Program-made: the position numbers and the translations under genes | Shown: in pieces, positions 33,757 to 44,481 of the stretch | How positions within the stretch are numbered: position 1 is the first letter of the stretch | Layout: each line of letters opens with the position of its first letter | From: Amphiscolops sp. MND2022 | Lineage: Eukaryota | Length of the DNA stretch: 64,000 nucleotides | Assembly (NCBI GenBank): GCA_964187785.1 | Contig: OZ076409.1 | Coordinates: 12,710,001 to 12,774,000 of the forward strand | Reading direction: 5' to 3' | Notes under the pieces: generated by a model | What the model was told of the DNA's origin: nothing | Seen by the model: the letters and a program-made list of their open reading frames with translations, nothing else | The model's database searches: none

Positions 33757-34078
33757 TACACAGAGGCGAAGCGGTGCTTCGCAACACATGACGAAGACAT
33801 CGATTATTTTAATATATACGAATTTATAAATTAAAAATTTATATACGAATGCGTATATATTCAATCGCATGCGTATATATTCAACAGTTCAACATTGTTC
33901 AATAACGTCCCTATGGCACAGTGGTCAACACTTATGCCGTACAATCGGGAGGCTGCAGGATCGAATCTCTCTGGGGTTTTGGCTTTTTTTTTAAAAGGCG
34001 CTCATTATGAAGTTGACTACAGTGGAAAAAAAACTTACTTAGCTGGACTGCAATGCACATTGACTTCGTCATGTGCAA
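33757..34078 (-). mobile_element. Family H1 copy 2, inserted into an H3 copy (33695-34600)
   Basis: Same hairpin and subTIRs as 3240-3530; tRNA-like segment 33907-33977. The H3 host reads ...GAAGTTTTTA|H1|AATATGCTCAGG with no TSD (compare the uninterrupted host at 34650-34680). Confidence 0.72.
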
Positions 34079-34604
34079 AAATATGCTCAGGACGTTTATG
34101 AAAAACTTTTGAAACTCCAAGAGGAGCCGAACGTTCGACGAATATTCGAATGTTACTAGCAAATGTTCGAATGCTAATTTTGAACGAATGTTGCACCATT
34201 ATTAGCTTGTTTTCGAACCTCCGCCTCTTTTTCTCCGCTTTAGTAAAACGCAATTCATTTCGTACATAACCTCTAAAATTCGAAGTGTTGAAAAAATTTA
34301 TTGGTGGTATTTATTGACAAAACCTAATTTCAGACGAAAAAAGAATTTTGAAACTGTCTTTAGTGCCGAAAATGTAAAAGGGACCGTTTGGGCTTTTTTA
34401 AACATCCAATTTGTTGCAAAATATCAAAAAAAAATCAAAAGGGGGACTTTAGTCTCGTCCGGTTTTGTATGTTACGTTAAAAAGTGAAAAAAATGAAGAG
34501 GGGGACCTTTTGCAATAAGTTATATGCGTTTCCCAAATATTCGTTTAGTTGATTAAACTGAACAAAAATTTCGTCGCATTCGAGTCTGTCTTGAAGAAAA
34601 ACAA

Positions 34605-35385
34605 AACAAGACGGGAACGTCTAAAGTCGGCGCTATATCTAAGGCTCAAAAAGCTCAGTTTTCTAAATATGCCCAGGATGTATTCATGAAAAGCTTTGAA
34701 AACACTTTCGAGACACCCAAAGTGTGCCTTTCATGCTCGCTATGACTGGAAAATCACTTTTCTCGACTGGAAACAAAAAAAATTTTGAAAATTTTTTTGA
34801 AAATTTTTTTTGAAAAAAATTTTTGAAAAAAAACTTCGAAAACGTCGCATACTGCCGAAAAATGAAAAGGGGGGACCCTTTGGGATTCATTAACATATTT
34901 TCTGTTGCAAAATATCAAAAAATCAGAAGGGGGGACTCTTTTGAAAAATTGAAAATTTTCGAAAAAAAAATTCGCACAGTGCCGAAAAAAAATTGAAAGG
35001 GGGGACCCTTTGGAGTCTTCCGGTTTTGTAGGTTACGTAAAAAAGGTAAAAAACGAAAGGGGGACCCTTTGCAGTAAGTTTGCATTGGTGGAACTTGGCC
35101 TGAGTGAACTTATCAGTTTCTGTAAAAAGTGGTACATACGCGATGAGCTCTGTGGTCTGACGAAAAAAAAAAACTAGCCACTGTAATAGTCGGGCTTTTT
35201 TCCTTAAAGGAAAATGCGCCGACTAAAAACGAGTGACTGTAATTGTCGCACTCTTTTATTTTATAAAGCGCCGACTTGAAAAACGGGTGACTGTAATAGT
35301 CGGGCTCTTTTTATTTGATAAAAGCGTCGACTAACGAGTGACAGTAATAGTCGGGCACTTTCATTTTATAAAAGCACCGACTAAT
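34605..35385 (-). mobile_element. Family H3 full copy with four tandem termini
   Basis: Hairpin AGACG-GGAA-CGTCT plus AGTCGGCGCT at one end; AGTCGGGC...GCGCCGACT repeated 4 times at 35181-35385. Confidence 0.8.
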
Positions 35386-35513
35386 AATACAAAAATTGAA
35401 TTTCGTTTGAAAGCTGGAAACACCAAAAATTTTGACAAGAAGCGCAGCTAAATCTCGATGATGACAAACCAAGCTAAAGCGAAACAAGAAACGGTGCCCA
35501 TAATGGCAATTAC

Positions 35514-35660
35514 CTGTTTTTCATTTTTCTTCTGAACAGTGAAGGAAACATTTTCAGACGACTTAGACATCTTCTCCAACACGAAATTCAACTCAGATAT
35601 GTCACTGGCTAACTTTTGAATTCGTTCCTCCAGTGCAGTTTCGTCTATCTTTGTGATACC
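35514..35660 (-). CDS. HAUS6: HAUS6 coding exon 3
   Basis: GACAG|GGT...CAG|GTAATT, 147 nt, phase 0/0. EERIQKLASDISELNFVLEKMSK resembles human EEKIQKVRSLWASVNETLMFLEK (recalled). Confidence 0.8.
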
Positions 35661-36230
35661 CTGTCAAACAAAGACACCTAATGAAAAAATTGAAATGAAA
35701 TCCCATCAGATGCAGAGTTTCGTTTTGAACTAAGTCCCAGGTTTGAGTGTTACTAAGAAATTTACCCTTCCTCGAGGGGTTAGATAAGAGCTTATTCTAA
35801 AAAGGGGGTTTTCTGAATACTATGCTTACTCTGTTTCATATGTGATCTTCTCAAGAAAGTTCACCTTCCCTGGCAGATGCCTCGATTACATCTAAAATCA
35901 GAGCAATATTTGTTTTAAGACAGTCTTTCGACTTCAATGATGGCACCAATGGCGGCATCAACAACTAAGTCCTAAAGGTGTTATAATCAAGACAAATCAG
36001 CACTTGAATTGTCTCAGTAAAGCCTCCATATCCTCGACAGTACACCGAGAAGACGAAAAACTGACAAAAAATTGGCAACATTTTTTCAAAGCTCAATTTC
36101 TCCACGAATAATAGCCGCAGCTTTGCCGGGTCTTTCAAAACAAAACTTCTATATGCGTTTTCATTGGTGGCAAACTGCGTTACTAGAGTGTGACAGTAAC
36201 ATAGCAAACAGTTGCTGTTATTGAGAAAAT

Positions 36231-36701
36231 AGGCCCCTCCGGGGCTCAGTACTATTTCTGCTTTAATCTTTATTTTTTTAAAACAAAAAATCATTAATAA
36301 AAGAATCATATCTGGAATACCAATACACTCCTGTTTAATCATTACTTAGAGCACAATTAATCACTGTACAAGTTTACACCGCCTTTAATTCTTCTCGGAC
36401 TAAAGAAAATATAACTAAGCGTAGACGAAGTTTCGCATTCGCATTTGAATGCAGGCGAAGCTCTCAACGAACGAATAATTAACACTCATTCGCTTCATCT
36501 CAATGACGTCAGCATACGAATGGATAATTACCACTCGCTCGTTCTATCGCACTAGAATTGAATTGTTGTCGGCAGCTTTCCCACGCTTACACTCACTGCC
36601 GAACAAAATATCTGAATTATTCAGTAGGACGAAATTTGACGACTGAAAAAAAAAAGGACCAACTTTGAGGTTACAATAACATTCCTGCTAAAGCAGAAAT
36701 A
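36231..36701 (-). mobile_element. Family H2 full copy
   Basis: Hairpin GCCCC-TCC-GGGGC (36233-36245), TATTTCTGC (36253-36261) and GCAGAAATA (36693-36701). Confidence 0.8.
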
Positions 36702-37583
36702 TTAAAAAAACGAATTTTCTGAAATGTACTTTTTTGCAAATTTTCACTTTTTTCCAGTTAATTTTTTGCCGGTGGTTCGAAAAACAAACTATATTGACAC
36801 AAATAACAAATCGCCGCAACGAGTCCAATAGATTGTTAAGACAAATTTTTGTTTTCCTATATGCTTTTTGCGTTTCATATTTTTATAGATGGTGAAAAAA
36901 ATCGCTGTCCTCATTTGAGGACGAAATCACTGTCAAGGATATAGTCCTGTGATTTAAAAAAAGGAAACCATGTTTGGTAAGTTTGGAGCGCCTGCTAATT
37001 TTGCGAATTTCTCAAAAACTGACAAACTTTCCAAAATATGATATAAACAAACATTTCTCGTAGTACACATTCCTCTAATTTTGGAACTTCTTCTACCACC
37101 GTTATGAGACAAGTTTGTGAACAACACATTTTGAGTGTAAATATTGGGAATATCTTTCCGAGTCTAAATTAGGAGCAGAAGCTGAGTCATTATTTGTTTT
37201 GCGTCAATGATAAAAGCGCATCTTTTCTGCCACAGTGATATAAATATTCACAAAAACAAAAAAGCAGGCCTTTGCCCGGCAAATGAGGCGCAAATAACGA
37301 GGTTGCGGTCTTAGACCAGTCTGTATTTACATTTGCACTAATGCTTTACGATCTGGAAGTGATCAACTTGGTTAATGATGCGCGGGGAAAAACAACAGAC
37401 ACAAAAAATTGCCAAGGTGGCTAAAGTCGACTTGAACAAAAATCGATCGAAATTTGATAAGATAATTGTTTAGAGTGACTCAGACGAGGGTGTGAATATT
37501 ATCATCACATTATAAAAGATCCCCCTCGTTTGTTTCTCGAAAATGAATAAAAGTAGTCATATCATGGAACTACATTTAACTAC

Positions 37584-37690
37584 CTTCATTTTATTGGTTC
37601 TTGTTGCGAAATCCTTGGAAAGTTTCTTGTACTGCTGGATTAAATCTTGATAACAAGCATTTAGCATGTCATTTTCTTTTTTGTAGAAGC
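37584..37690 (-). CDS. HAUS6: HAUS6 coding exon 2
   Basis: TTTCCAG|GC...AAG|GTAGTT; in frame after a 78-nt intron; coiled-coil FYKKENDMLNACYQDLIQQYKKL. Confidence 0.8.
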
Positions 37691-37768
37691 CTGGAAACAT
37701 AGTTCACAGAATATCAATTGAAAGTTCACCAGAAGGAAGAAGTATTCCAGGTCATTCCAAACTCCAAC

Positions 37769-38207
37769 CTATCATTTTCAAAGTTCTATTCTCTTGATAA
37801 GAAGCTAGAAGGTTTATTTTCTGTAGAACAATGGTACCAGCATCCAACTCCGGCCGATTCCAGCTGGGGTCTAAACGCCTTATTTTCGCCTCAAGCACGT
37901 ATTGTGTGAAAGTAAGCAGAAATTTGTGGCATTTTGGACCCCGAGGACTTAGCATCAATGCAGTAACTTCGGCGGCAACAAAGAGTGGCTCGTTCAATGT
38001 CTTGAAAAAGTTAGATACTTCTTTTCTGAAAGGAACTTGGTCTTTCTTCACCAAAATGGGCCATACTGTGACAGCAGAACAATCTAGCTGGGAAATCAAA
38101 AAGAACAAAACTTTCTCGAAAAGCTTCACGTTTGAGGCGTCGAAACTGTTGACATGAACTGACTCTTTAAAGCCGAGGACAAGTAAATTGTCAATTACAA
38201 CATCCAT
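37769..38207 (-). CDS. HAUS6: HAUS6 (augmin subunit 6) coding exon 1, N-terminal domain
   Basis: LLVLGF...NSFDASNVKLFEKVLFFL...WPILVKKDQVPFRK...LMLSPRGPKCHKFL matches the HAUS6 N-terminal pattern (LGF, MFDKLN..F, WP....D..FRK, SPGGPKF). Confidence 0.88.
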
Positions 38208-38784
38208 AATCTGAAAATATACTAGAATTTAGCTTTATTCGGTAGAAAAAAGACAAGATTTGACACTTTAATAACAAAGAAAAAGCATAGGTCATTCAGA
38301 AAATTCCAAGATCCTATTTGAAAAAATTCGAGGTGAATGAATGATTTTCGAAAGCACTGGTATCTAGATTACATGATTGGGGCTTTGCTATCTCTAGCTT
38401 CATATATTCTTGCCAACATAAAATTTGTTTGTTGATATGATGTTAACATCATGGTATATTATGGTGCAAAAAAAACATTTTAGCTTTCCGAAACATTTAG
38501 CGTCGTGACTTTTACATATGCAAGCAAGACTGATCGTTTCATCCTACACCATAATTGAAGTCATAAAAACACATGGCAAAAATACAACGATAATGTGAGA
38601 ATCAAAAAGTATCACAAAAATGAAAGCTTTGGCAACAGAAATTCTATTATGGAACAAATATTGAGAGAATTGCGAAAAGTTACAAATGACAGTGGGATCC
38701 CACAAGTTTTATTACTAGCAGTTCTACTTTAGTACTGATGAAAACTATGATAATTGTGAGACTGTTCTCGTTGGACAACCTTGT

Positions 38785-38928
38785 TCACATGATTTTACAC
38801 TCTTCTGAGTCAGTTTGATCATCTGCCATGACGGCAAGGGGTGTAACGGGGGCCACCGGTTTCTTTTGACGGTAGAAACTAGAAGACAGTCGTCTGCCAT
38901 AACCAGCTATCCCCCGAGAGCCTTTGCC
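38785..38928 (-). CDS. Rhes/RASD-like GTPase exon 5 (CAAX)
   Basis: GTTTTCAG|GGC phase 0; encodes GKGSRG...DSEECKIM*. Confidence 0.82.
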   Translation of the reverse strand, partial: GKGSRGIAGYGRRLSSSFYRQKKPVAPVTPLAVMADDQTDSEECKIM

Positions 38929-39339
38929 CTGAAAACATTTCAACTCCATGTAGTTCCTACACCTTTCCCTTGATTTTGCAAGCGCAAAAGAAGCAAACCG
39001 ACCAAGTTCATATGAAAGCATACAAGTCGCTAACTTCGGTACACGAGCAAGCGATAATGAGCTTTTGCATTCACTCCTTTGAAGGTAGCAGTTAGAAATC
39101 TCTCAGCAGACAAGTTCTTAGACAATCGTGTACTCGTCGCTTTCAGTCAGTAAAATCTCTCAAAAGGCTAGTTGCTTAAAAAACATAGTGTTCAGATTTA
39201 GTTGAGAACAGCGTTACCTCTCCTTATAATTTACTGGAGTGTACGCGTTAACTCAACTACAACTGTAGAATAAATGATAAACTAAATTAACGGTCAATGA
39301 GTGGTCAATCGCGCGGAACGCGCGCAATAAGCCGGCAAA

Positions 39340-39640
39340 CATCCATTCTGTTGCAAAACCAAAAAAAATGAAGGGCTTTCGTGGGGAAAAAAGTTTTTTT
39401 TGAAAAAAGTCGCACAGTGCCAAAAAATGGACCCTTTGGTCTCGTCCGGTATTGTATGTTACGCGGGAAACCTTTTTGGTTCAGTTCCTTGGGCCAACAG
39501 GTACATTTTGGCGTCTTCTGAAATTTTTTTTAGAACTTTTGGTAGAACTATTTTGGTCAGTTCAGGTGGTCTTAAAAAAACACTGACGAAAAGCCATGGG
39601 TATAGTCGACTCTTTTCTAAAGAAAAGCGCCGACTAAAAA
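39340..39640 (-). mobile_element. Family H3 partial copy (further copies: 41000-41290 reversed, 42515-42988, 48229-48630, 52915-53560, 57900-58275 reversed)
   Basis: GTCGCACAGTGCC / GGACCCTTT..GTCTCGTCCGG body and AAAAGCGCCGACTAAAA end. Confidence 0.75.
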
Positions 39641-40188
39641 AGGCGAAATCCATTATCTGATTGGTTGAAAAATATCCAGTCTGAGCCAGGGTCTGACCCA
39701 ATAAAAAACGTTTTAAAACAATTCCTTTTTCCAGATATTCGAATGGGAGGAAACAAGAGTGACATTTGGGCTCACTTTACAGATAAGAAAATTGGGAAGC
39801 ATCATCTGGCCTGGGAAGAAACTTCGCAAGCTTAGGGCTAACTTACGGGAAACTTCGCGCCCAGCTGGAGCCCGAAAAAGCTGGAAAACTGGCTTTTTTG
39901 TATCGCCAATACAACAAAAAATTAAAAATACTTGTGTTGTGATTTGTTCAATTGAATTGAGCTCTTGAAACAAATTCGTTTTTTTTTCTCGACGGATAAA
40001 AAACAAAAATACATGTTTTTTACTATAAAAAAACTGCTTAATATGATAAAAAACTGTTTTTTACCAACCTTGGTCTTAGCAACTGGTTTCAATACTGATC
40101 GACCGTGCCACGAAATAATCGTTTTTGTCGACCGAATGGCTTGTCGGTTCAATTGCCTGTCGGCTTAACGCACTCGTGCTGTGCTCAC

Positions 40189-40399
40189 CTGTTTGTCGGA
40201 AGATGCAGCACGAGAGCTGGCTGATGAATCCGCCGACCACACTTTCATACTGACAGTTCGGTGCAGCTTCAGATCTGAGTCATCCTTGTTCTCCTCGCTT
40301 CCCTTCCACCACTGTTTGAACAGAACTGTGAAGATGTCCGAGATGTTCACGTCCTTCTTCGCACTCACTTCAACCACGGCCCAGTTTAACCTCTTCTTT
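40189..40399 (-). CDS. Rhes/RASD-like GTPase exon 4
   Basis: TTTTTTCCAG|A...CAG|GTGAGC; contains G5 EVSAK; phases 2/0 are consistent with the neighbouring exons. Confidence 0.85.
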
Positions 40400-43352
40400 C
40401 TGGAAAAAAATCTCAAAGGGTTTAAAAGTAATATCGTCAAGCACTTTTGAACAAAATCCATAAGGCCATATCATTTTGGTTAGACTACAAAAATCTTCAA
40501 CAACTAGTATCCATTGAAAAATAGTCTAAAAACTTAAATGAACAATATTTATTACTTCAACGATAGAAAATACTACTACTAAAAGGTAAATGACCTTTTG
40601 CATTCTCGATTGAACGCAGGCGAAGCTCTTGGCGAACCATTAATTAGTGAACACTCGTTCGCTTTATTTTAAAAAAGTGACCAAAAAAAAGAGAACAAAC
40701 GAGGGAAAAACTCTAATTTGCTAGCAAAAAGGAAACTTCTAATGGTTCAAACCCAACTTGAGGTTTAATGGTTCAATGGCTTAACCATAATGGTTGAAAA
40801 TTAATTGTTTGGACAACGGGCTAAAACAAGTAACACTGATGTTACTATACCTAATACGTAACAAGTGCCCGACTCTTACAGTTTTTCTTCGTCAGACCAT
40901 TGATTTTACGCTGGATGGTCTTTTTTCACAATTTTTACACCTAAGTTCTAAAGGGTATCTAAAGAGGCTAAAGGGCATCCAAAAAGGTCAAAAATAGCCC
41001 TTTGGGTATTTTAATTTTACCATTTCCTCGAAACTATGTGAGTTTTATTTTTTGAGCCTAAAGGATCCCCTTTGGGCTTTTCGCAACTGTGCGATTTTTC
41101 GAGAGAATTCGAAAATGATTTTCCACAATTTTGCAGATTTTGATGTTTTTAGTTAGAGAAAAGAAATTTTCTAGCCCATAGGGCGCTTTTCTAATTTTCG
41201 GCACTCTGAAATCTAATGGAATTTCATAAAAATCTACATGAGCACTTCAATGAGTTTTAAGCTGGGCGCCGACTTGAGACGTTGTCTACTTCAAATGTTA
41301 CTTACATAATTCATCATCATTCTTTGTTTGATTTCATTAGGGAAGTGTCGCCTGTTAGTGCTAGAATCCTTCAGTAAATTTTTCGTCGCGAACAAAAAAA
41401 GTTCATTGAACTCCTAGAGGAACGAACACCCGTCGTGACTGTTTTGCAGAAAATTTGACTTTCAAACGAAATTCTGAAATCGATACCTCCATTCAGTCCT
41501 GAATCTATGCGTTAAAAAGGACCACAAATTGAATTGAAGAAAACTCTGAATTCATTGAAGTCTTTCAAACATTTAGCGCATATTTTTGGTGAACATCAAA
41601 TTAATAAGGGTCACAATCAGAGTTTTGAAACCGCCGATTATTTAGAGGCCGCGCATGAATGCGTTAAGAATTCAGTGAAATAGCGAATTTGACATTAGCG
41701 ATTTAAGGATTTGCGAAAAAATAGCGAAATTTCACAAAACGGTTGGCTGCCACTAAGTTCGGGCTTATCCGCGTATGCACAAGTATCCGAGAAATGCTGT
41801 CATTAACCATATACGTGTGACATTTCTTTAAGATAATAGAAGGGCATTTTCATAGCAACTAGGTTGCATTAATAAAGTCAACCAATTTTCGCTGTAGTAT
41901 AGTAGCGAGTTGGTCATTCAATTCCTTCTTCTGTCTACGAAAACATGCACTACCCACCAGTCGCCCATAATACTTTCGATGCGACCGATGCTTTAATAAG
42001 GTAATGCATCAGGTCCACGGATGGTCAAACAAGAGAATCCGTTCAATTATCGATCAAACACAATTTTCAAATTGGATCGAGCGCTGAGTCAATAAAATCA
42101 AATGGATTTACAGTAAAACGTTTTTCGCTATTGGAGCATATGAAATAATACCATTCTGACAATTTTCATTGACCAATCCTTCAAAGCTGGACCTGTTGAC
42201 GTTTCTTCAAATCTACCAAGTGTGTTCGGAGATGATTTCAACAACGAACACTTGAAATGTTGGAGTCTTTTTTCTTTACCAATTCCATACACCAAATATC
42301 ATTTCGGGATTATTAAATCACATGTATAGGCATGGATGGAACGCTACTTTCAGTTATAGCTGCGGAAAAGCTTAGACTAAACAATTTCTTTATATTCACA
42401 AAGTACAGTAGTGACTCTATAGTCCTGTGATAAGAAAATGGAACACCTATTTGATATTAATGTTTGGAACACTCCAAATGTTAGCCCATATCTCTATAAC
42501 TATTGATAATCAAGAACAAGCCGAGAAAGGCCCAAGTCGGCGCCCCGCTCAAAATTCAAAAAAAGTAAAGTATTTTAAATATTCAAAAGTTTCAACATTT
42601 TTACATTGTCAAAAAATACATCGAGGGATCTGTTCGGCTAATTTGAAAAACTAAGGTTCCACATCTCATAATACCGAAAAAAATCCAAACTGGCCCTTCA
42701 ACTTCAAATGATTTTGTATCAACTCTAAATATCCTAAAAATCAAAAAGGGAGCCTTTTGTAACATTGAAAATGCTCCTAGAAACATTATATCCGGAATTC
42801 GTTATATCCACTTTGCGTTAAAACCGGTATGGGTTGCGTTATTGTCGATGGGGACTCCTTTACAGCTCAAATGTAGTACGTAGGTGACCAAAAGAGACTT
42901 TGCCGAAATTGAAGAACTTTTGGTAGAACAGTTCGTTAGTCTTGAAAAATTTTGGTTTCCTTGGTATATGAAAGCGCCCGACTAAAAACGTCTTTTATAA
43001 AAATTCATTGAAAGTTAATCTAGTTTATATTCGTGTTTGCTCAAAACTTACATGAAAAATATTGCGGAAATGAGCTTTTAATACCTCTGTTATTTTGTTT
43101 GAAAACCAAATTTTTGATTATTGCCTAATTCAAAAACTAAGTTGATCAGTTTTCATTTACCTTCCGATCGCTGTCCATAGATTGCACTGACGAACCTTGA
43201 GACTCTTAGTATTCACACAGCCGAAGCAAGTCGACAATCTCCACTGAATTTATTTCGGTACAGGTATTAGGGTATAGATTCACGATTACAGATTTGTCAT
43301 TATCTTTTTCCATGTACACTTCAGATAGCTCGCAATTTTCGAGTAGAACTAC

Positions 43353-44481
43353 TCAATGATGAGCACCTTGAACCATATTAAAAAGTAAATTAACGACCAG
43401 CTTTTGCTCCCAACTCAAACTCTGCTACTGAATTTGCAAAAATTGGCAAATTTTCAAAATTACAGGAATGTAAACTAGACCAAAATACAAGAAATTTTTG
43501 TGCCTATATTTTGGAAAAAGTGACAAATTGAAAAAATCTCAAAATCATTAGGCGCCAAACAATTACCAAACAGGGTTCCATTTTTTTATCACAGGACAGC
43601 ACGCGGAGACCTAATTAACAAATGTCATTGGCTAATTGGTCGAGAGTTATTTTCAAAACACCATTTTCAATTTGACCCACTTACATAATTTTGATTAGTT
43701 CTTCCAATTAATTCTGACATTTCGAATGCGACAAAAAATTACAAGAAATATTGTGAATGTATTAGTAGAGCTTGTGTTAAGTTGTTTCAAAATCGTATCT
43801 TTATACATGCAGTTTCGAAGAGGCCCAGATTTACAGCTCAATTTTCCCCAAGATTTTAGAATGATTTGTAAATCAAAGCATATCACGGCTTCGGTAAGTT
43901 CATGGGGGTTGATTGAACTTTTTTCAAATATTTTGGGCAAAAGTAGATCAAAAGTGAGAAAAACCTTTTGACTTGAATTTGGCTGAAAATGGCCTATTAT
44001 ATCTTTTGTAATTTTCATGGCAGTTTTCAAACAAGCGGATTTGTAAACAAGATAAAAATCTAAGAAACTTTTCTTTTCACTATTTCTCAAAAATCACTGC
44101 CGTTTTTGAGATGTTCGATTTTGAGATTTGCCGTATGTTGCTTGCTCTAAAATCACTACTGTACAGACGCAGCTTTTGAAACAGAAAATACTAATAAGTG
44201 CACGTGGCCAAACGGTCCAAGATGGCGCCAGTAGAACCACTTTAGTAATTAAGTTTGGCGCCTAATTATTTTGCAAGTTTCTCAAAAACTGTCATTTTTT
44301 CCAAAATATGATAGGAACAAAATGTTCTTGGATTTTTGTCCAGTTTACATTCCTCTAATTTTGAAAGTTTGCAGATAATGTTTACAAGTAAAAATTGGAA
44401 ATTCAGTAGCAGAGTTTAAATTGGGAGCATAAGCTGGTCATTTATTCACTTTGTAATACTGTTCAAGGTGCCCATCATTGA
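43353..44481. repeat. Pair of ~210-230-bp inverted repeats (43353-43560 and 44253-44481)
   Basis: The reverse complement of the left arm matches the right arm (GTTTGGCGCCTAAT...TTCAGTAGCAGAGTTT...TTCAAGGTGC.CATCATTGA); a third solo copy lies near 36980-37190. Confidence 0.7.

Noticed and set aside
35830-35966. Extra HAUS6 exon (LLMPPLVPSL...KITYET)
   Set aside because: It ends in phase 2 and would need a 33-nt intron and a micro-exon; exon 2 splices cleanly to the 35660 exon without it.
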